This document shows positions 36,692 to 44,949 of a stretch of DNA of 64,000 nucleotides, one piece after another; the first letter of the stretch is position 1, and every line of letters starts with the position of its first letter. The notes below the pieces were generated by a model. It did no database searches, was not told where the DNA came from, and saw only the letters and a list, made by a program, of their open reading frames with translations. The stretch is from an uncultured bacterium (GTDB taxonomy: Bacteria; Patescibacteriota; Dojkabacteria; J137). The stretch covers positions 253,511 through 317,510 of the forward strand of contig OY969472.1 in the NCBI GenBank assembly GCA_963700155.1. Reading direction: 5' to 3'. A program made the translations under genes and the position numbers.

Positions 36692-37063
36692 ATGCCTACT
36701 AAAGATAAAACTTATGCAATAATTGGAGCTTCAAATAATCCAGAAAAATATGGGAACATTGTATTAAAAGATTTAAAAGACTCAGGATTTAAAGTAATTC
36801 CAATAAACTTACATGAAGAAGAAATACTAGGATTAAAGGTTTATAAAAGTGTTTTAGATTATCCTGAAAATATTGATGTTGCTGTGACTATCGTTCCTCC
36901 ACAAGTTACTGAAGAAGTTTTGAAACAAGTTAAGGAAAAAGGGATTAATATAGTCTGGATGCAGCCGGGATCAGAAAGTGAAGCTGCAATTCAATTTTGC
37001 AAAGATAATGGTTTAGAGTATAAGAATGATGATTGTATAATGTTAGCTAAAGAAAATACTTAA
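36692..37063 (+). CDS. CoA-binding domain protein (YccU/CoA_binding_2-like)
   Basis: KTYAIIGASNNPEKYGNIVLKDLKDSGFKVIPIN...VDVAVTIVPPQVTEEVL...GINIVWMQPG. Confidence 0.65.
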   Translation: MPTKDKTYAIIGASNNPEKYGNIVLKDLKDSGFKVIPINLHEEEILGLKVYKSVLDYPENIDVAVTIVPPQVTEEVLKQVKEKGINIVWMQPGSESEAAIQFCKDNGLEYKNDDCIMLAKENT

Positions 37064-37383
37064 CTTTCAATAGGTTCTTCTGGAGCGGCTTTTTTTTCAA
37101 TAGCTTCAAATATCATCCTAAAATTTAACATAACGTATTTCATTCTAAATGCTGTTCTACTTGGTGTAGCTTCTCCTGTTGACATCTTTTTTTCCAATTC
37201 AAACAAATTTTGAGCATGTTTTTCAGAAAATTCTTTCATTATTCTAGCAATATCTTCTGCTGGTGAATTTCTAGTTTGAGTCCAAATTCTATCCATTTCA
37301 GTTTCAATATCTAAGAGAATTTGATAAAGTTCAGCTTCAGAATCTACCCTTTCTTTTAGATTAAGAAGATTTTGATTGCCCAT
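37060..37383 (-). CDS. Hypothetical protein
   Basis: 107-aa ORF. Confidence 0.4.
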   Translation of the reverse strand: MGNQNLLNLKERVDSEAELYQILLDIETEMDRIWTQTRNSPAEDIARIMKEFSEKHAQNLFELEKKMSTGEATPSRTAFRMKYVMLNFRMIFEAIEKKAAPEEPIES

Positions 37384-37479
37384 ATTTAATTACTAAGAAA
37401 TAATAATTAATATTAGCATAAAAGATATGCTAGATTTATTCTAATGTTATAATCCGATATATTTATTATTCATATAACA

Positions 37480-37974
37480 ATGTCTGGATATAGTATAGAT
37501 CGTTCATCAAGTTTTGATTTAGATACACTTTTAAATGAAAATCCCAGTTTGTATACAAAATTCATTGATTGCTTAAGAAGTGGTGAAATGCAAATTTTAA
37601 CTAATGATGAAATAATTGATTTACGAAACAGAAACTTAGTAGACACTAACATAGAGAGCAAAATAGTAATTGTGACTTTGGTAGCTGAATTATTAAACAG
37701 GAATCTTCATGAGACTCAAGAAGATTTTTTAGGGGAGAATGGCTATATAGAAAATGCAAAAAAAGCAATGCCACAATTAGTACAAAAACTTATAGAAGCA
37801 TTACAATCAGGAGAAGACTTATCTTTTCGTGAAGATTTGCAGCCTTTAGAGAGATATCATTTAGTCTTTAGAAGAAAGTCAGATCATAAATTTGCTGCTC
37901 ACATAATTGCAAGTAAAATATTAACACAAGAGTTTTTTGAAAATATAGACGATAACAACCAAGTTGAAGGTTAA
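37480..37974 (+). CDS. Hypothetical protein
   Basis: 164-aa ORF. Confidence 0.4.
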   Translation: MSGYSIDRSSSFDLDTLLNENPSLYTKFIDCLRSGEMQILTNDEIIDLRNRNLVDTNIESKIVIVTLVAELLNRNLHETQEDFLGENGYIENAKKAMPQLVQKLIEALQSGEDLSFREDLQPLERYHLVFRRKSDHKFAAHIIASKILTQEFFENIDDNNQVEG

Positions 37975-37977
37975 TGT

Positions 37978-38045
37978 GTTGCAGGGTTCCTCCGTTTTCT
38001 CTGCAACAACTTTAAAAAAAAGATTGTTCCAGCGTAGGAACCCTG
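37978..38045. terminator. Long imperfect inverted repeat (CAGGGTTCCT...AGGAACCCTG enclosing GTTGCAG...CTGCAAC) between convergent genes; bidirectional terminator-like
   Basis: 10-bp outer stem plus 7-bp inner stem, A/T tract in the centre. Sits between the stop of 37480..37974(+) and the stop of 38068..38298(-). Confidence 0.4.
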
Positions 38046-38067
38046 AATAGAAAAATGGTGAGCTGTT

Positions 38068-38298
38068 CTAGGTTAACACATCGAAAATCTTCGAGCCTTG
38101 GCGCTCTTTGATTTCTATCGACAGTCTAGCCGATGCGGCTTCCTTTTCTTCCTTTGTTCCATACTCAAGTATCAACCGCAACGTTTCAATGCGGTTCCGT
38201 CTGCTCATCTGACGATGGATCTCTGCGAAACCGAACCACAGTAGAAAAGCAATGAAACACAGGACGACAAAGATTACAAAAAGGTATCCACTGTACAT
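38068..38298 (-). CDS. Small membrane protein in GC-rich islet (hypothetical)
   Basis: N-terminal TM helix (YLFVIFVVLCFIAFLLWFGF) then charged tail. Strong SD AAGGAGAGG before ATG. GC clearly above the flanks. Confidence 0.4.
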   Translation of the reverse strand: MYSGYLFVIFVVLCFIAFLLWFGFAEIHRQMSRRNRIETLRLILEYGTKEEKEAASARLSIEIKERQGSKIFDVLT

Positions 38299-38385
38299 TT
38301 AACCTCTCCTTTTCTATGCCATGATTATATCATCAATATATACCTGGGGCAATAAATCAAAATTTATAAGTGCTATAATTTCCAA

Positions 38386-39549
38386 ATGCTTAATTTATCA
38401 AAAGATCAAACAAATGCTTTAAAAACTTTAATGGAGTGGTGGAACTCAAATTCTAGACCACCATATATTACCCTAGGTGGATATGCAGGAACCGGTAAAA
38501 CGACTTTAATATCTGTTTTTAGGAATCAACTTCATGACCAGAATCAGACTTTAAAAGTAGCATTTTGTAGTTTTACCGGTAAAGCTACTAGAGTATTAAA
38601 AACTAAATTAAAAGAAGTTGATGCAATCTTCCCTAAAGATTCTGTTTCAACAATCCACTCATTAATTTATTCCCCAGTAACAAATTCTAAAGAAGAAATT
38701 ATCGGCTGGGATAAGAAAAAAACGATCGATTCAAATTTGATAATTATAGATGAAGCTTCAATGGTTGATTATGATATTTGGACCGATTTACTTTCATATA
38801 ACAAACCAATAATCGCTGTCGGGGATCATGGGCAACTGCCACCTATAAACGGGAATTTCAACCTAATGAAAAATCCTCAAATTAAACTATTAGAAATTCA
38901 TAGACAGGAGAAAGATAATCCTATTATTCAGCTATCAATTCTTGCAAGAGTAAATGGTGAAATTCCCTTCGGTGACTATGGCTCAGGAGTAAAGAAAATG
39001 GCAAGAAATGATTCTGAAGCTCAGGAAATAGTTGGTGACAAAATGAAGTATTATAATCCGGAGACTTTAATATTATGTGGCTATAATAATACACGAGTTC
39101 GATTAAATAAATATATAAGAAATAATCTGGATTTCGAAGGAGATATGCCAAAAATTAAAGATAGGGTAATCTGCTTAAGGAATAATCATCAAAAAGAAAT
39201 TTACAATGGAATGCTAGGAACTATAAAGGAAATTAAAATTTTAGATAATGAATGGTTGGATGCGAAAATTGAGATGGATGATGATGGACAGATATTTTCA
39301 GGCTCAATTTTCGCAAAACAGTTTAACAATAACCAGTCTTTAAACTTTACAAGAGAACGAAATTCCTCAGTTCGTGGAGATTTATTTGATTATGGATATG
39401 CCTTAACAGTTCATAAAGCTCAAGGCAGTCAGGCAAAAAGAGTAATTTTATTTGAAGAGAGATTTAAGCAGATGGATGATGAAATGTGGAAAAGATGGCT
39501 TTATACAGCAATAACTAGAGCTTCAGAAGAACTTTTTATTCTTGGATAA
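38386..39549 (+). CDS. Superfamily 1 DNA helicase of the RecD/Dda/Pif1-like family (compact, 387 aa)
   Basis: Walker A GGYAGTGKTT, Walker B IIIDEASMVD, motif III AVGDHGQLPPI, motif V/VI YGYALTVHKAQGSQAKRVILFEE. Confidence 0.75.
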   Translation: MLNLSKDQTNALKTLMEWWNSNSRPPYITLGGYAGTGKTTLISVFRNQLHDQNQTLKVAFCSFTGKATRVLKTKLKEVDAIFPKDSVSTIHSLIYSPVTNSKEEIIGWDKKKTIDSNLIIIDEASMVDYDIWTDLLSYNKPIIAVGDHGQLPPINGNFNLMKNPQIKLLEIHRQEKDNPIIQLSILARVNGEIPFGDYGSGVKKMARNDSEAQEIVGDKMKYYNPETLILCGYNNTRVRLNKYIRNNLDFEGDMPKIKDRVICLRNNHQKEIYNGMLGTIKEIKILDNEWLDAKIEMDDDGQIFSGSIFAKQFNNNQSLNFTRERNSSVRGDLFDYGYALTVHKAQGSQAKRVILFEERFKQMDDEMWKRWLYTAITRASEELFILG

Positions 39550-39578
39550 AGTTAGTTGTAGAGAAATTGATTTTAGTA

Positions 39579-39614
39579 AAGAGGGCTTCTGCTTTGCAGA
39601 AGCCCTCTTTTGAC
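39579..39614 (+). terminator. Rho-independent terminator after helicase gene
   Basis: AAGAGGGCTTCTGC-TTTG-CAGAAGCCCTCTT followed by TTGACACTTT. Confidence 0.6.
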
Positions 39615-39665
39615 ACTTTAACAGCTTAAAGCATATAATAGATTCGATAGCTTAGATTTAAATCA

Positions 39666-40505
39666 ATGAGACTTTCACCAACAATAAAAACTGCGATTTT
39701 ACTGGGAGCTTTAACAGCATTACTTATCGTAATAGGATACTTAATTAGCGGATTTGGAGGAGCAGTTTTATTCTTTATTCTTTCTTTATTAATAAATATT
39801 GGTTCATATTGGTTTAGCGATAAAATTGCACTTTCAATGGCACATGCAAAGCCAATTGAAGAATCTCAAGCACCACAAATTTATGAAGATATTCGTGACT
39901 TAACTCAAAAAATGGGAATACCCATGCCAAGAGTTTATTATACAGAGGATTTACAACCAAATGCTTTTGCAACAGGTCGAGACCCCAATAATAGTGCTGT
40001 TGTAATAACTAAAGGATTATTAAATATTTTAAATAGGGATGAAGTTAGGGGAGTATTATCTCATGAACTTTCTCATATAAAAAATAGAGATGTTCTAATT
40101 TCTACAATTGCTGCTGTTTTAGCAGGAGCTATAACATCTATTGCTAATCTTGCAATATTTTTTGGGACTACTGGATCAGAGAGAAATAGAAATCCTTTAG
40201 CTGATCTACTTTTAATAATAATTACTCCAATTGCTGCTACATTAATTCAACTTGCTGTTTCAAGAAGTAGAGAATACGAAGCTGATGCAAATGGGAGTAG
40301 AGTAACTGGAAGACCTCAAGACTTAGCAAACGCTCTAATTAAACTCGATAGAGCAACGAAGCAGATTCCCTATATGAATGTAAATCCTGCACTCTCTTCT
40401 CTATTTATTCAAAATCCTTTTAGAGGCGAAGCTTTACTAAATCTATTTTCAACTCATCCACCTACTGATAAAAGAGTAGAACGATTGATGAGTATGCAAA
40501 AATAG
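39666..40505 (+). CDS. htpX: HtpX-like M48 zinc metalloprotease
   Basis: HELSHIKNRD (HExxH), downstream EYEAD glutamate, four TM segments, C-terminal FSTHPPTDKR. Confidence 0.85.
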   Translation: MRLSPTIKTAILLGALTALLIVIGYLISGFGGAVLFFILSLLINIGSYWFSDKIALSMAHAKPIEESQAPQIYEDIRDLTQKMGIPMPRVYYTEDLQPNAFATGRDPNNSAVVITKGLLNILNRDEVRGVLSHELSHIKNRDVLISTIAAVLAGAITSIANLAIFFGTTGSERNRNPLADLLLIIITPIAATLIQLAVSRSREYEADANGSRVTGRPQDLANALIKLDRATKQIPYMNVNPALSSLFIQNPFRGEALLNLFSTHPPTDKRVERLMSMQK

Positions 40506-40540
40506 AGTAAACTTTCTTTAATAAAAATTATTAGATTCTA

Positions 40541-40879
40541 ATGAATAAAAGGTACAGATTAATTTCTATCTTTATATTAATTATACTCGTCGTAGGATTC
40601 CTATACTTGGCTTCGTTATCTACAAATAATAATAATTCGATAAGTTTCTCAAATGCAGCATCAGGAGATGTAATTTGTGGGAATGCTGATACTAATAATA
40701 ATGGAGTCTTAGATTCTGTTGATTATAATGAACTAAAACAATTAGTTGGAGTAACTTGTAGTGATAAACCATCTCAAACATATTGTGGACCAAAAGATAT
40801 GAATGGAGATGGTAAGATTGATATACAAGATCTTTCAGAGTTTGGCAATAGATATAACAAACCAAACTGCGGACTGTAA
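40541..40879 (+). CDS. Small secreted protein with dockerin-like tandem Ca-binding loops
   Basis: Signal/TM anchor then two loops DTNNNGVLDSVD and DMNGDGKIDIQD (DxNxDGxIDxxD), each followed by a hydrophobic helix, as in type I dockerin. Flanking Cys pairs. Confidence 0.5.
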   Translation: MNKRYRLISIFILIILVVGFLYLASLSTNNNNSISFSNAASGDVICGNADTNNNGVLDSVDYNELKQLVGVTCSDKPSQTYCGPKDMNGDGKIDIQDLSEFGNRYNKPNCGL

Positions 40880-40896
40880 ATATAAAAATAAATTAT

Positions 40897-41412
40897 ATGA
40901 AAGTTATCCTTTACTATGCTACTTCAATTAATGGATATATTACTCATGGAGATAATGATTCTGATTGGGTATCCGAGACTGATTGGGAACAGTTTAATAA
41001 ATTAATGAAGGATTGTAGAATTATGTTAATGGGGAGTGTGACTTATGAATATTTTGGTGATGATTTCCCAGTTGAAGGAGCTTTAAATGTTGTTATGACT
41101 CATCAGCCCGAACTGTTAGAGAAAGGCGAAACTAAAGAATATCTTTTTACTGATAAAACTCCTGAAGAAGTAATAAAGTTAGCAGAAAAGAAAGGATTTC
41201 AACAAGTTATGCTAATAGGTGGAATGAATTTAGTAACTTCATTTATGAAAAATAATCTTATTGATGAGATCTGGCTAAGCGTTCATCCACTATTTATAGG
41301 AGATGGTAAACCAATTATAGAAAAAACTGAAATATTTAAAGAGCTTGAATTTTTAGGTTCTACAGAACTTTCAGAAGGGCTAATTCAACTTCGCTATGAG
41401 GTTATTCATTAG
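40897..41412 (+). CDS. Dihydrofolate reductase family protein (RibD C-terminal domain-like)
   Basis: MKVILYYATSINGYI...LMGSVTYEYF...VMLIGGMNLVTSFMKNNLIDEIWLSVHPLFIGDGKPI matches the RibD_C/DHFR-like pattern. Confidence 0.6.
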   Translation: MKVILYYATSINGYITHGDNDSDWVSETDWEQFNKLMKDCRIMLMGSVTYEYFGDDFPVEGALNVVMTHQPELLEKGETKEYLFTDKTPEEVIKLAEKKGFQQVMLIGGMNLVTSFMKNNLIDEIWLSVHPLFIGDGKPIIEKTEIFKELEFLGSTELSEGLIQLRYEVIH

Positions 41413-41602
41413 AAATAAACCCTATTCTTGTTTTATCTTCATCATCATTAGATTGCCTACTCAACTCATTAAAAATAATCTGAAGTTGTTCTGAATGTTT
41501 CGATAATTCATCTTCAATCGCAGAAACTTTTAAATTCAATTTGTTACTTGATGGTAAATTGTGTCTCATCAAAACAAAAATTCTAATTATCATAATGTTC
41601 AT
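41402..41602 (-). CDS. Hypothetical small protein (doubtful)
   Basis: 66-aa ORF overlapping the 3' end of the DHFR-like gene by 11 nt. Confidence 0.2.
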   Translation of the reverse strand: MNIMIIRIFVLMRHNLPSSNKLNLKVSAIEDELSKHSEQLQIIFNELSRQSNDDEDKTRIGFISNE

Positions 41603-41700
41603 CTGTATAGCTTTATGACATTGATTTTATAAACATCTTCTTACAAAATTATGACAAATTTATTTATTGTATAATCAAATATAGCTATCATAGAAATTCA

Positions 41701-42453
41701 ATGCGGACTTCGAAAGGAATAAAAGGCATAATTTATCGAATATATAATTCTTCAGCAAGCGATAAAGTTTTAAACATGATTGATACTCGTGGTAGAAAAG
41801 TATCAATCTTAGCTAAAGGAGTTCGGAAACCAAATAGTAAAAAGTCTTATTCTATCGATCTAGGAAATTTCGTACAAGCTAATATTGTTGAAGGTTACAA
41901 CGTTCCAATACTTACTGAAGTTAAACTAATAAATGAATTTAGAAACTGGAAAGATACCTACCAAAAAATTATACTTCTTCAATATTTATGTGAGATTGTA
42001 GATAAATTTTCATTCGAAGATAATCCTGATTATCTACTGTATCAATTATTTCATGATATTTTAATCGCCAAAACTGACAAAGTTCTTTTTGCTGCGGCAG
42101 GTTTCAGCCTTGAGGTCTTGAAAGTAACTGGAAACCTGCCGCAGCTTGAACAAAGTTTAAGTACCGAAGATAATATTACACAAGAAGGAATTTATGCGAT
42201 TCCTGGTCAAATTGGGTATGTTTCTGAAAAAACTAATAATGAATTATCATTAACAACACAACCTATAAGTATTAATATATATAAAACTCAGAAATTTATT
42301 CTAAAACAGGGAACTATAAAAGCCCTAAGAATAAATTTAAGTCCTGAAGAAATCGAAAAGATGTTTAAAATGCATTCCGAGTGGATAGAAATTGCAATTG
42401 ATAATAAACTGAAATCTAAAGAAATATATTTTAAAATGAAAAATCATGGCTAA
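41701..42453 (+). CDS. recO: DNA repair protein RecO-like
   Basis: N-terminal OB-fold pattern GIIYRIYNSSASDKVLNMIDTRGRKVSILAKGVRKPNSKK (cf. RecO AIVLRsrdygEsDrIvtLfT.e.GkvsavAKGaRrsk). 250 aa. No zinc-finger Cys cluster. Confidence 0.55.
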   Translation: MRTSKGIKGIIYRIYNSSASDKVLNMIDTRGRKVSILAKGVRKPNSKKSYSIDLGNFVQANIVEGYNVPILTEVKLINEFRNWKDTYQKIILLQYLCEIVDKFSFEDNPDYLLYQLFHDILIAKTDKVLFAAAGFSLEVLKVTGNLPQLEQSLSTEDNITQEGIYAIPGQIGYVSEKTNNELSLTTQPISINIYKTQKFILKQGTIKALRINLSPEEIEKMFKMHSEWIEIAIDNKLKSKEIYFKMKNHG

Positions 42454-42904
42454 GGTGGACTTAGAAAAATTTTTAAAAGAACAAAAAATAATGGCGATTG
42501 CCACTTCAACATCAAAAGGTATGTGGATTGCAAATGTCTACTTTGCAACTGATTCAAATTTGAACTTCTACTTTTTAAGTGAACCAAATACTAGACATTG
42601 TCAGGATTTAAATGAGAATCCCGAAGTGGCAATCGCCATCTCATACTTTAATCCGGATAATCTTAGCGATAGATATGGAGTTCAAATGGTTGGAAAAGCT
42701 GAAAGAATTAAGAATTTCGTAGAAATGGGAAAAGCTTTTACAATTTATACTTCAAAATTTATTTCAAGCGGCGGAATTGTCACAGTTGATAATATAAAAC
42801 ATAAATTAATCAAGTCCAGACCTTATATTATTAAGCCAAAACTGATAAAATTCCTCAGCGATAAACTATATGGGAATTTAGGTACAGAAATCTTTGAATT
42901 TTAA
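42446..42904 (+). CDS. Pyridoxamine 5'-phosphate oxidase-like FMN-binding split-barrel protein
   Basis: KIMAIATSTSKGMWIANVYFATDSNLNFYFLSEPNTRHCQDLNENPEVAIAI is the typical PNPOx-family N-terminus. Confidence 0.55.
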   Translation: MAKVDLEKFLKEQKIMAIATSTSKGMWIANVYFATDSNLNFYFLSEPNTRHCQDLNENPEVAIAISYFNPDNLSDRYGVQMVGKAERIKNFVEMGKAFTIYTSKFISSGGIVTVDNIKHKLIKSRPYIIKPKLIKFLSDKLYGNLGTEIFEF

Positions 42905-42910
42905 AAAAAT

Positions 42911-44851
42911 ATGAAAGTTTTATACTCACAATTACAAAAATATTTACCAAACTTAACAGCTTCATCAAAAGAAGTTACTGACGCTTACACACTAACAGGC
43001 TTTATGTTAGACAAATCTCTTGATGTTAAATATCAAGGTAAAGATGACAAATTCTTAGATCTCGAGGTTCGACAGAATCGAGCAGATGCTTTTGGAGTAA
43101 AAGGTTTAGCAAGAGAACTTTCAACATATTTTAATATTCCTATTGCATTCCCAGATTACGAAATGCCTGTCTCTAACTCGGAATATGAGCTCCCAATAGA
43201 AGTAAAAGCTGAGTCAGCAGTTAAAAGAGTAATGGCTGTAAAATTAACAAATTTAACAGTAAAAGAATCACCTGAATGGCTAAAAGACTATTTAGCACTA
43301 TATGATATTAATTCAATAAATAACCTTGTTGATTTAACAAATTTCGTAATGTTAGAAACCGGACATCCATCACATGCTTTTGATATCGATTTAATGCATG
43401 GAGATAAACTAATCTGGGAAATTAATCCTGAATTTAAAAACTTCACAACACTAAGTGGTGAAAAAGTTGAATTAGTTCCTGAGACTTTAGTAGTTTCGAA
43501 TGGAGAAAAACCTTTTTCCCTTTCGATAATTGGGGGGAAAGAAGCCGCTATAAATATGAATACAAAGAATATAGTTTTAGAAATTGCTGTTTATGATGGG
43601 GGATTGATTCGAAGAAATTCTAGACAATTAAAAATAATCACAGAAGCAAGCCAAAGACTTGAAAAATACCTTGATCCCGAATCAATCCCCCAAGCCTTTT
43701 CAATGCTAGTAAGTTTAATTTTAGAGAACTGCGGGGGAGAAGTTGCATCTAATATTTATGATAATTATTTACAACCAACACCAGAAGTTGATATAAAAGT
43801 TGATCTTAACAAAGTCCAGCAAGTTGCTGGAATAGAAATTTCATATGAAGAATCAATCCAGTACCTTGAAAGATTAGGATTCAAAATCTTAAATCAGGAA
43901 ACTAATATTGTGACAGTAAGAAGACCAATTGATAGATTAGATATTGAAATGGAAGAAGATGTATTCGAAGAAATAATTAGAATGAAAGGATATAATAATA
44001 TTCCTAAAGAAAAACTCTCATCAGTATTAGTAAAAGATATAACTCCTAGGACAATTACACTTGTGAACAAAATTGAGGAACATCTTTCTGCAAGAGGATT
44101 TGATGAAGTTAGATCATGGGTTTTGGTTGATTCAATTTCAAATAAGAAAGCCAATTTCAAAAAGTGGGAAGAAATTGAGGTTACTAATTCAATTAATGAA
44201 GAAGTCCCATTCCTACGAGAGTCAATCAGTGTAAGCCTGTTAGATAAATTTAATAAGTATAAAAAAAATAATATTCCTGATATTAAAATTTTTGAGAATG
44301 GTAAAATTTTTGGAAAAAATAATAACGAATATTTTGAATCAAATTCGCTTGGAATATTAGTTGAAGGAAATGATATTAACAAACTTAAAACTGAAACAGA
44401 AAGTCTTTTAAGAACTCTGGGATTAAAGAATCTTATATATAAAATTGCTGATAATCCTCCAAAAACTGCTCACCCAAAAACTTGTTGGAATATTTATTCC
44501 AACGATACAATGGTTGGGATTATTTACTTATCTAATACTACATTAATCAACGAATGTTGCATTACAGAAGTAGATGTTGACAAAATTATTGATTTAACTA
44601 ATAAAAATACATCAAGTGCAACTTTAGAAGTTACACAAAAACTTGTTGAACTTGATGTTAATGTAGAGTTGGATAAGAATGAAAATATTAATGAATACAT
44701 AATAAATAAAGTAAACGACAATTCTAATATTTGGAAATGGTCAATTATAGATAAATTTGATCAGGAAGGAAAAAACAAATATACAATTCGAGTTTACTAT
44801 GTAAATTTGAGTGACCCAGAAGCAAAAGAACTCCATGAAAGCATATTCTAA
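42911..44851 (+). CDS. pheT: Phenylalanyl-tRNA synthetase beta subunit (short form lacking the N-terminal EMAP/tRNA-binding insertion)
   Basis: B3/B4 block NNLVDLTNFVMLETGHPSHAFD. N-terminal LEVRQNRADAFGVKGLAREL (cf. ISVTPNRADCLGIIGVARD). B5 and FDX-ACB-like C-terminus. pheS is not adjacent in this window. Confidence 0.8.
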   Translation: MKVLYSQLQKYLPNLTASSKEVTDAYTLTGFMLDKSLDVKYQGKDDKFLDLEVRQNRADAFGVKGLARELSTYFNIPIAFPDYEMPVSNSEYELPIEVKAESAVKRVMAVKLTNLTVKESPEWLKDYLALYDINSINNLVDLTNFVMLETGHPSHAFDIDLMHGDKLIWEINPEFKNFTTLSGEKVELVPETLVVSNGEKPFSLSIIGGKEAAINMNTKNIVLEIAVYDGGLIRRNSRQLKIITEASQRLEKYLDPESIPQAFSMLVSLILENCGGEVASNIYDNYLQPTPEVDIKVDLNKVQQVAGIEISYEESIQYLERLGFKILNQETNIVTVRRPIDRLDIEMEEDVFEEIIRMKGYNNIPKEKLSSVLVKDITPRTITLVNKIEEHLSARGFDEVRSWVLVDSISNKKANFKKWEEIEVTNSINEEVPFLRESISVSLLDKFNKYKKNNIPDIKIFENGKIFGKNNNEYFESNSLGILVEGNDINKLKTETESLLRTLGLKNLIYKIADNPPKTAHPKTCWNIYSNDTMVGIIYLSNTTLINECCITEVDVDKIIDLTNKNTSSATLEVTQKLVELDVNVELDKNENINEYIINKVNDNSNIWKWSIIDKFDQEGKNKYTIRVYYVNLSDPEAKELHESIF

Positions 44852-44881
44852 GCCAAATTCCTAAATGAAATAGATATAGAA

Positions 44882-44939
44882 AGCGGGCAGACCCCAGATA
44901 CCAAACATTTTATACCTGGCATCTGGGGGTCCGCCCGCT
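44882..44939. terminator. Long GC-rich near-perfect hairpin (AGCGGGCAGACCCCAGAT ... ATCTGGGGGTCCGCCCGCT) between convergent pheT and 44950..46266
   Basis: About 18-bp stem, 21-nt loop. Bidirectional terminator candidate. Confidence 0.55.
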
Positions 44940-44949
44940 AAATCCATTA

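Noticed and set aside
38924-39151. ORF 38924..39151(-)
   Set aside because: It is antisense within the helicase gene.
43894-44721. ORFs 43894..44382(-) and 44524..44721(-)
   Set aside because: They are antisense within pheT.
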